The notes under the pieces are model-generated. The model saw only the letters and a program-made list of their open reading frames with translations, made no database searches and was not told the DNA's origin. Shown here in pieces: positions 16,000 to 21,801 of a stretch of 36,144 nt of DNA; positions within the stretch are counted from its first letter, which is position 1, and every line of letters begins with the position of its first letter. The stretch lies in IMG/VR virus record IMGVR_UViG_3300029675_000028, one strand, 5' to 3'. A program made the position numbers and the translations under genes. This DNA comes from a virus.

Positions 16000-16899
16000 T
16001 TACTTGGTCTGGACGAGCGTGTCAGCGCCGTCCGGGACGACGACGAGCTGATCCGCGTTGGACAGAGCGTCGATATAGTGCTGTTTGAGCACGTTGTCGG
16101 TCAGGCTCTCGTTGAGCACGGCGTTGGCGTCGGCCTCGCCCTGCGCCTTGATCTTCTTGGTCTCGGCCTCGGTCTTGGCGACTTCCTGCTCGTTCATGGC
16201 CTTCTGCTTGTCGATCTCGGCGGCCTGCGCCTCGTTGTATTTCTTGACGATCTCGTCGCCATAGCGCACGTCCTGCACGCTGACCTGTTCGACGGTCAGG
16301 CCGATCTTCCTCCACTTGGCCGCCAGCGCATCTTGCACCGCCTTCGTGTATTCGCCTCGGTTGGTGAGCATCGTCAAAGTGTCGAACCGGCCGGACTGTT
16401 CACGAGCCACGCTGCGAAGATCGTTGCTGATGTAGTTCTGCGTGAACGTCTGCTGCTTGCCGTACTCCGAGTACAGGTATTCGGCGGCGCTTGGATCAAG
16501 GCTGTAGTTGACCTGAATGTCGATGTCTGCGGAAGCTCCGCTCCTGTCGTTGACGGTGACTTGCTTGCCGACCGCGCTGCCGCCGTCGTACTTGTAATCG
16601 GTGTCTTTGTAGAAGTTGATGAGGTTGTTGCGGGTGTCGTATTTGACGATGCTCTGCCACGGCGTCTTCAAATGGAAGCCCGCGTCTTCGGAATGGCCGG
16701 CCAGACTGCCGCCCATGTTGCGGATGACCGCGACCTCGCCCACGTCCACGGAGTACAGGCATGCGGGGATCAGCAGCATCAATCCGACGAGGCCCGGAAT
16801 GAGGCCGATGCCGGCCCCCTTGACGTTGTTGGACAGCGCGATGCCGGTGACGGCGGCGCTGAAGAGCAGCAGGACGATGGAGATGACGAACCAGATCAT
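16000..16899 (-). CDS. SPFH / band-7 (prohibitin/HflKC-like) membrane protein
   Basis: N-terminal TM segments (MIWFVISIVLLLFSAAVTG..., IGLIPGLVGLMLLIPACLY). SPFH core (VDVGEVAVIRNMGG...FHLKTPWQSIVKYDTR...). C-terminal coiled coil rich in A/E/K/Q. AAAGGAA RBS. Confidence 0.88.
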   Translation of the reverse strand: MIWFVISIVLLLFSAAVTGIALSNNVKGAGIGLIPGLVGLMLLIPACLYSVDVGEVAVIRNMGGSLAGHSEDAGFHLKTPWQSIVKYDTRNNLINFYKDTDYKYDGGSAVGKQVTVNDRSGASADIDIQVNYSLDPSAAEYLYSEYGKQQTFTQNYISNDLRSVAREQSGRFDTLTMLTNRGEYTKAVQDALAAKWRKIGLTVEQVSVQDVRYGDEIVKKYNEAQAAEIDKQKAMNEQEVAKTEAETKKIKAQGEADANAVLNESLTDNVLKQHYIDALSNADQLVVVPDGADTLVQTK

Positions 16900-16993
16900 G
16901 AGGGTTCCTTTCAGAGGATAAGGCCCTTTCCCCGTGCCGGTAGGCTTGAGGTGCCAACCAAAAATCCGCACGACGCGGGGAAAGGAAGAATTT

Positions 16994-17404
16994 TCAATGC
17001 AGACACAACGAGAGGCGCTTAACGAAGCGCTCGACAATCTCCGTGTCGGAACCAGTAGCGCCGCTTGGCTCCGGGATCATGCAGAAAGCGAAGAGGTGAG
17101 GAAACTCGCCCGCGCCGTTCATTACATCGGCTTCGGCGCTCAGCAGATCGCCATCGCCCTCACCGACCGAAACAAGACCAAGGACTTGTAGGAGAAACAG
17201 GGACACCGCGTCGAGCTGTGCCAGAAGCGCACGCCTGTCCAGCTTCTCCGAGATTCGCCTGTATTCGGAGTCCCCCAGTGCCTCGCGCACGGCAGCCTCT
17301 GAATACAGGGACGCTTTCATGCGCAGCATGCCGGCGTCCTGAAGATTGTGCTGCAACGTCTCCAGAGAGGACAGCAACGCAGGTTCACAATTGGACTTGC
17401 TCAT
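16994..17404 (-). CDS. Hypothetical helical protein (136 aa), translationally coupled to the XRE gene. Its C-terminal half overlaps a convergent plus-strand ORF.
   Basis: ATGA overlap at 17401-17404; GAGG lies 7 nt upstream. MSKSNCEPALLSSLETLQHNLQDAGMLRMK.... The last roughly 65 codons look less protein-like. Confidence 0.55.
   Translation of the reverse strand: MSKSNCEPALLSSLETLQHNLQDAGMLRMKASLYSEAAVREALGDSEYRRISEKLDRRALLAQLDAVSLFLLQVLGLVSVGEGDGDLLSAEADVMNGAGEFPHLFAFCMIPEPSGATGSDTEIVERFVKRLSLCLH
16997..17191 (+). CDS. Candidate small protein (64 aa) with a possible C-terminal HTH, antisense to 16994..17404
   Basis: GGAAAGGAAG lies 8 nt upstream of ATG 16997. MQTQREALNEALDNLRVGTSSAAWLRDHAESEEVRKLARAVHYIGFGAQQIAIALTDRNKTKDL. 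GC3 is similar to that of the antisense frame. Confidence 0.4.
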   Translation: MQTQREALNEALDNLRVGTSSAAWLRDHAESEEVRKLARAVHYIGFGAQQIAIALTDRNKTKDL

Positions 17405-17685
17405 TTCGCCGCCTCTTCCGGCTGGGGGTTGTCCGCCGGCCACGGGTCAAGGGTGCGACCCATGAGGTAGTCAACACTGGTGTTGAAGAAGTCGGCGAGC
17501 GCCTTGTAATCCTTTGCAGAGAAGGATCGGAGGCCGTTCATTTTGTTGGAGAAAACTTGTTCGCTCATACCGATGGCGAGCGCCACGTCTTTCTGAAGGC
17601 AATGACGCATCTCGATCAGTCCTGAGATGCGGGACGCTGGGTTATCACCTTCAAGCGTCACTAATCGTTTTTGATTGGCGTTCAT
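17401..17685 (-). CDS. XRE-family HTH regulator (CI/Cro-type)
   Basis: LIEMRHCLQKDVALAIGMSEQVFSNKMNG...ALADFFNTSVDYLMG is a classic XRE HTH. A TATAGT -10-like hexamer lies 8 nt upstream of the ATG, giving a near-leaderless transcript. Confidence 0.88.
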   Translation of the reverse strand: MNANQKRLVTLEGDNPASRISGLIEMRHCLQKDVALAIGMSEQVFSNKMNGLRSFSAKDYKALADFFNTSVDYLMGRTLDPWPADNPQPEEAAK

Positions 17686-17693
17686 GGTTGCTA

Positions 17694-17699
17694 ACTATA
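17694..17699 (-). promoter_or_regulatory. -10-like hexamer TATAGT for the XRE operon
   Basis: Minus strand reads gtgcgtgaTATAGTtagcaaccATG. No convincing -35 was seen. Confidence 0.4.
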
Positions 17700-17725
17700 T
17701 CACGCACTAATCGATTTCGAGCACT

Positions 17726-17760
17726 CTCAGCGTGTCTTGATTTTGATTCGACATGCTGAG
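17726..17760. promoter_or_regulatory. Imperfect 11-bp inverted repeat (CTCAGCGTGTC / GACATGCTGAG) around TTGATTTTGATTC
   Basis: Read directly; one mismatch. Lies in the AT-richer region between the XRE start and attP. Confidence 0.4.
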
Positions 17761-17837
17761 ATTCTTGCGCTACTGATCACTTTTGCGTATCATTAAGGGC
17801 ATGACGGTAACTATGACAGCCCCAAAGGTTGCAGCTA

Positions 17838-17873
17838 GCCCGCAGGTCACAGGTTCAAATCCTGTCCCCGCTA
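17838..17873 (+). other. 3' fragment of a tRNA gene (T arm, acceptor 3' strand and discriminator); probable attP core
   Basis: ...GGTCACAGG-TTCAAAT-CCTGT-CCCCGCT-A with no matching 5' acceptor strand upstream. Lies 85 nt upstream of the integrase gene. Confidence 0.7.
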
Positions 17874-17886
17874 CGAATCGCGGGAG

Positions 17887-17920
17887 GCCGTCACGAATTT
17901 ATCGTGACGGCTTTTTGTTT
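17887..17920 (+). terminator. Rho-independent terminator following the tRNA fragment
   Basis: GCCGTCACG-aatttat-CGTGACGGC followed by TTTTTGTTT. Confidence 0.75.
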
Positions 17921-17957
17921 CCTAGCAGCATTATTGCCGATTGGACGATGATGTCCC

Positions 17958-18782
17958 GTGAAAAAACAACATCCAGCCCCACTCTGGGCAGAATCTATCA
18001 ACATGTGGCTCGACTCACTGAAGGCGGCGGGCTACTCCACCAACACGCTCAACACGCGGCGCTGCCAGATGAGCGCACTGTCGCGGGCGCTCGGTGGCGA
18101 CCCGAGGGACGTGGAGGGCGACGACCTGCTCGCCCACTTCGCCGGCAAGGAATGGAAGCCCGAGACACGCAAGGGCGCGAAGAACGCCTGCGTCAGCTAT
18201 TTCCGATGGCTCAAAGCGTCCGGCCGCAGCGAGGCCGATCCGAGCGAGTTCCTACCCACCGTCAAGCGTCCCGAACCGCATCCCCGGCCATGCCCGGACG
18301 TGGTCATACTCACCGCACTGCGCAAGGCCACGGACAGCGAACGGCTCATGCTGCGTCTCGGCGCGGAATGCGGTTTAAGGCGCTTCGAGATAGCGAAGGT
18401 GCACAGCCGCGACGTCATGCGCGACCTCGTGGGCTGGAGCCTCGTCGTCGTAGGCAAGGGCGACAAGCAACGCATCGTGCCCATCGGCGACGACCTCGCC
18501 CTGCTGATCCGCTCCGCCCACGGCTATCTGTTCCCCGGCCGGTGGAGCGGCCACGCCGAATCATCCTACGTCGGCCGACACCTGAGCGACCTCTTGGGCC
18601 ACGGATGGACGGCCCACAGCCTGCGCCACAGGTACGCGACCACGACCTACGCCGCCACACGAGACCTGCTGCTCGTCTCCAAGCTCCTAGGCCACGCCTC
18701 GGTCGAGACCACGCAACGGTACATCGCCATGCCCGACGACCGGCTGCGCGCCGCCGTGGAAGCCACACGCCTCGCCGCCTAG
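17958..18782 (+). CDS. int: Tyrosine recombinase / phage integrase
   Basis: Catalytic-type residues in context: ...GLRRFEIAKV..., HSLRHRYATT, LLGHASVETTQRYI. N-terminal SAM-like region. Start GTG 17958 (alternative ATG 18003). Confidence 0.9.
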   Translation: MKKQHPAPLWAESINMWLDSLKAAGYSTNTLNTRRCQMSALSRALGGDPRDVEGDDLLAHFAGKEWKPETRKGAKNACVSYFRWLKASGRSEADPSEFLPTVKRPEPHPRPCPDVVILTALRKATDSERLMLRLGAECGLRRFEIAKVHSRDVMRDLVGWSLVVVGKGDKQRIVPIGDDLALLIRSAHGYLFPGRWSGHAESSYVGRHLSDLLGHGWTAHSLRHRYATTTYAATRDLLLVSKLLGHASVETTQRYIAMPDDRLRAAVEATRLAA

Positions 18783-18792
18783 GAGGATCACG

Positions 18793-19095
18793 ATGTTCCG
18801 TTTCCCCGACTTGATTATGGTACTAAATTATGGTACCATAATAAGCATGATCGAATGCGAACCGTCAGCCTTCAAGCACTGGCTCACACAACCACAGATC
18901 GACTACATATTCCGGCATCCGGTGGCCGTGTTCGAGGTGCAGTCGAGACACGCCGGCGACAGGGTCATGGCGATCCTCGGATACCCGGACGAGTTCAGGG
19001 AACGCCCCGTGGAGCTGCTGGTATCCCAGCGCACCCGCAAGGTGTTCCACGCGATGGACTGCCGCCGCGAATGGCTCTACAAGTTCGACGACTAA
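18793..19095 (+). CDS. BrnT-like toxin candidate (100 aa from ATG 18793, or 82 aa from ATG 18847)
   Basis: AGGAGGA lies 5 nt upstream of ATG 18793. The core MIECEPSAFKHWLT...DRVMAILGYPDEF...VELLVSQRTRKVFHAMDCRREWLYKF parallels the BrnT layout (FEWD..KHG...RiISARkA..E...Y) from memory. The match is weak. Confidence 0.6.
   Translation: MFRFPDLIMVLNYGTIISMIECEPSAFKHWLTQPQIDYIFRHPVAVFEVQSRHAGDRVMAILGYPDEFRERPVELLVSQRTRKVFHAMDCRREWLYKFDD
18814..18842. promoter_or_regulatory. Operator-like repeats: ATTATGGTAC direct repeat plus the perfect 16-bp palindrome ATTATGGTACCATAAT
   Basis: Read directly (18814-18823 and 18827-18842). AT-rich island just upstream of, or within the 5' end of, the toxin-like ORF. 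Confidence 0.55.
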
Positions 19096-19114
19096 AAACA
19101 CCAAGGAGGACATC

Positions 19115-19426
19115 ATGAGCAACGAAACAGACTGGGACGAGCTCTCGGACGAATACACCGAGCACACCCCCGCCATCATCGGCGAGACCATCCGCCCGCA
19201 AAGGGCGATCACGATGGATGACATCGACGACATCTTCGCCGGCCGCCCCCTCGCCGACCAGCCCCGCCGGAAGGCCGACGTGCTCTACAAGGCATACCTC
19301 ACGCCCGACATGGACGCACGGGTGCGGGCACAGGCCGAACGAGAGCACATCGGCAAGAGCGCTCTGATTCGCAAGGCGCTGGCCGCATACCTGACCGCCA
19401 ATCAGGCACAGCCCGCGATGGCCTGA
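19115..19426 (+). CDS. Antitoxin candidate with a C-terminal ribbon-helix-helix (BrnA/CopG-like)
   Basis: AAGGAGGA RBS. The C-terminus LYKAYLTPDMDARVRAQAEREHIGKSALIRKALAAYL has the RHH beta-alpha-alpha pattern. Confidence 0.75.
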   Translation: MSNETDWDELSDEYTEHTPAIIGETIRPQRAITMDDIDDIFAGRPLADQPRRKADVLYKAYLTPDMDARVRAQAEREHIGKSALIRKALAAYLTANQAQPAMA

Positions 19427-19441
19427 CCCATATACGACGAA

Positions 19442-19484
19442 AAGCCCCCGAACCATACCGTGAGTGCGGTAGGTTCGGGGGCTT
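19442..19484. terminator. Bidirectional rho-independent terminator between the TA pair (+) and the lysis-end genes (-)
   Basis: 13-bp stem AAGCCCCCGAACC/GGTTCGGGGGCTT plus inner TACCG/CGGTA pairing. T-rich tracts follow on both strands. Confidence 0.8.
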
Positions 19485-19488
19485 CTTG

Positions 19489-19620
19489 TTATTCGGTCTT
19501 GGATGCCTTGGCCTTGAGGGTGCTTGCGCCGATGACGACGCCGATGGTCAGGGCGACGGCGTTGATGGTCGTCGCGGCCGGATCGGCCCATGTCCAGCCC
19601 CATACGGGGCCGAGGCTCAT
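19489..19620 (-). CDS. Small membrane protein candidate (43 aa)
   Basis: MSLGPVWGWTWADPAATTINAVALTIGVVIGASTLKAKASKTE. High GC3, and the stop lies 4 nt before the terminator. No clear RBS. The start could be upstream (GTG 19632). Confidence 0.4.
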   Translation of the reverse strand: MSLGPVWGWTWADPAATTINAVALTIGVVIGASTLKAKASKTE

Positions 19621-19706
19621 GGCGCTCGGCACGGCCAGAAGAGTGGCGGACGCGCTCGAGATGACGATCGACGAGTTCGAGTCCCGCCTCTGACGCAGGC
19701 ATGCAG

Positions 19707-19747
19707 AAGCGCCCCTCGGCTCCATGCATAGGAGTCGAGGGGCGCTT
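19707..19747. terminator. Long GC-rich hairpin just downstream of the endolysin gene
   Basis: AAGCGCCCCTCG/CGAGGGGCGCTT 12-bp stem with inner CTCC/GGAG pairing. The T-tract is better on the plus strand (CTTGTGTTT). Confidence 0.6.
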
Positions 19748-19751
19748 GTGT

Positions 19752-20585
19752 TTAGAATCTGCCGGTGTTGAGGCGGCTTTGGAGTGCTCGGGCGGTGCCG
19801 GGTCCGAACCACGAGTCCTGCGCGACGCCGAGGTGTTTCTGCAGGGCACGGATGGTGGCGGGGCCGAGGAGCCCGTCCGCGGTGAGGTTGAGCTTGCGTT
19901 GGACGGCGCGGATGAGGTTGGAGCCGCCGCCACCGTAGCGCACGCACGAGTCCACGAGCGCGGGTCGGCCCCATGTCCGGCCGTCCGGCCTGTACTGGCC
20001 GCTGATGATGCCGTCCACGCTGGTGCCCATGACCTGCTGCCAGCGGCGGATGGTGGCCGGCCCGCAGGAGCCGTCTACCGTGAGCCGGCCCGTGCCGCCG
20101 CTGGATGCGGTGCCGCCGCCGGACGACGTGGCGCTGCCACTGTAGGCGGGGCGCAGGATGGCGGCGATGGTGTTCCATGCGCGGGTGCGGCGTGCTACGC
20201 GCCCGTTGTTGGTGTTGCCCTCGATGGTCTGGATGTACGAGCCGTGGTTGGCTTCCACGAAGCCGATGTGGTCCACCACGCCGCCGTCCCAGTTGAATAT
20301 CACGATGTCGCCGGGGCGGGCGCTGCGCGTGCTGACCGCGCGGGAGCGTCCCGCGCTGAGCACGTATGGCACGTAGGCGGCGGGCAGTCCCGGGAACGCT
20401 TGGCCGGCACGGCTCATGACCCAGCTGACGAACATCGCGCAGAACGGGACGCCCGACGCGCCATAGTATGAGCCGTGGGATTGGGCGTACCAGCGCCCGT
20501 ACTTCGTGCCCGGCTGCGGGTCGGTCCAACGGGAATAGCCGATTTCGCCCGCCGCGATGCGCAGGACTTCACTCGCCGTCGCCAT
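19752..20585 (-). CDS. Endolysin: N-terminal CHAP amidase/peptidase plus C-terminal peptidoglycan-binding repeats
   Basis: CHAP Cys/His context GVPFCAMFVSW...VDHIGFV...EGN. PG_binding-like repeats LTVDGSCGPATIRRWQQ and LTADGLLGPATIRALQKHL. GAGGAGG lies 6 nt upstream of ATG 20585. Confidence 0.9.
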   Translation of the reverse strand: MATASEVLRIAAGEIGYSRWTDPQPGTKYGRWYAQSHGSYYGASGVPFCAMFVSWVMSRAGQAFPGLPAAYVPYVLSAGRSRAVSTRSARPGDIVIFNWDGGVVDHIGFVEANHGSYIQTIEGNTNNGRVARRTRAWNTIAAILRPAYSGSATSSGGGTASSGGTGRLTVDGSCGPATIRRWQQVMGTSVDGIISGQYRPDGRTWGRPALVDSCVRYGGGGSNLIRAVQRKLNLTADGLLGPATIRALQKHLGVAQDSWFGPGTARALQSRLNTGRF

Positions 20586-20994
20586 AGGACACCTCCTCGA
20601 TGGGTGCCACGTCAGCGGTCGCGTCGGCTCCCCTGGAGTCGGACACCGCGTAGGCCGCCTGAGCTGTCCCGGTCGTGGCGTCGGTGGCGGTGGCGATGAT
20701 ATTGGCTTTGATCGCGTCGGTGAGCTGCTGTCCCTGCACGGCGGCACCGGTCAGGTTGTTGTTGCGCCACCACGCGTACACGGATGCGATGACGGCGATG
20801 ACGCCGGTGATCGCGGTGCTCACCTGATCGGTGGTGAACGGGAGCTGGCTGATGCCGGCGATGCTCAGGCCGGTCTGCGCGACGCTGAACAGCTGGACGA
20901 TGAGCAGGATGATCGCCTTGGTGCGTTCCACGGTCAGGCCGGGAATCGCCGGGCCGGTGGCCTTGTGGTCGGCCACGCCGGTGGTGTTTGCCAT
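20569..20994 (-). CDS. Holin (phage_holin_4_1/SPP1-type)
   Basis: Two TM segments and the motif YAWWRNNNLTGAAVQ (W-x-NN-x-T-x-A). AAGGAGAA RBS. Overlaps the endolysin start. Confidence 0.82.
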   Translation of the reverse strand: MANTTGVADHKATGPAIPGLTVERTKAIILLIVQLFSVAQTGLSIAGISQLPFTTDQVSTAITGVIAVIASVYAWWRNNNLTGAAVQGQQLTDAIKANIIATATDATTGTAQAAYAVSDSRGADATADVAPIEEVSYGDGE

Positions 20995-21014
20995 AATGGT
21001 TCTCCTTACAAAAG

Positions 21015-21036
21015 AAGCCCCACGGGTGTGGGACTT
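21015..21036 (-). terminator. Terminator-like hairpin between the amber-interrupted ORF and the holin
   Basis: Minus strand AAGTCCCAC-accc-GTGGGGCTT followed by CTTTTG; one mismatch in the stem. Confidence 0.45.
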
Positions 21037-21039
21037 AGG

Positions 21040-21228
21040 TCAGTCGGTTTTATAGAGGCGGACGCTCAGATGGGCGTCCGCGTAGGTGACGCCGAACATC
21101 GTGGCCGGCATCGGAAGCCACCGCCGCAGGTGCTCCCGCACGGTGACGGGCGCATCAACCTACTGGGTGCCAGCCCGGATGGTCAATGTGGCCGTGCCGG
21201 GCTTGACGCCGTTGATGGTGATGCTCAT
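21040..21228 (-). pseudogene. Small Ig-like (Big_2-like) fragment ORF interrupted by an in-frame TAG at 21160-21162
   Basis: ATGA-coupled start at 21228 with GGAGGA upstream. MSITINGVKPGTATLTIRAGTQ-TAG-VDAPVTVREHLRRWLPMPATMFGVTYADAHLSVRLYKTD-TGA. High GC3 on both sides of the TAG. Confidence 0.45.
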
Positions 21229-21800
21229 GATGGCTTTCCTCCCAGCCGGGGCGCAATGGGCGCATTCTGGATATCGTTGTTGACCTGGGTGCCGTGGCCG
21301 TTGCCGCCCAATCCGTGATAGGCGTCGTAGACACGTTGGGCGCGGAGTTTGAAATCATTGTCGGCGACGCCGTGGTGGTCGTGCACCATCGTGTCCTGCT
21401 GCTGTTCGAGCTTGCACAGCAGAAGCGTGCGCAGCGCCTCGTCTACGAGTTTTTCGTGTTCGCAGCCGCGCCTCATGTCGGCCATCAGCTGCTCATGCTC
21501 CGACCTTCGGGTCTCCTCGTCGGCGATCTGCGAGCGCAGGTTTTTGAGTTGGTGCCAGAGGCCGGCGGCTATGGCGCTGATGGCGGCGATGAGGAGGCCG
21601 GCGACGACGCTGGTGATGATGTCGTCAGCCATGTGGCTCCTCTCTGATGGGATGTCGCATTGGCGATCCTCTCTGTGTGTGGTGGTGGAATCCCACGGTG
21701 CGGTCGAGCCGGTCGAGACGTTTGGGGGCCATCCGACGGCCACGCCCCCGCCGGAGGAGACGAGCGCGACGAGGACGGTCAGCCATGCGGGCGCGCCCAT
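21225..21800 (-). CDS. Membrane protein of the lysis-proximal region, with two candidate starts (191 aa from ATG 21800; 135 aa from ATG 21632)
   Basis: Both starts have SD-like sequences (GAGGG and GAGAGGAG). TM1 is APAWLTVLVALVSSGGGVAVGW and TM2 is IITSVVAGLLIAAISAIAAGLW. A coiled-coil region follows, then YHGLGGNGHGT. Confidence 0.75.
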   Translation of the reverse strand: MGAPAWLTVLVALVSSGGGVAVGWPPNVSTGSTAPWDSTTTHREDRQCDIPSERSHMADDIITSVVAGLLIAAISAIAAGLWHQLKNLRSQIADEETRRSEHEQLMADMRRGCEHEKLVDEALRTLLLCKLEQQQDTMVHDHHGVADNDFKLRAQRVYDAYHGLGGNGHGTQVNNDIQNAPIAPRLGGKPS

Positions 21801-21801
21801 C

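Noticed and set aside
17800-17873. A complete tRNA gene at the attP site
   Set aside because: Only the T arm and 3' acceptor strand are present. No complementary 5' acceptor strand (AGCGGGG/GGCGGGG) or anticodon arm lies upstream, and the fragment ends in CGA rather than CCA.
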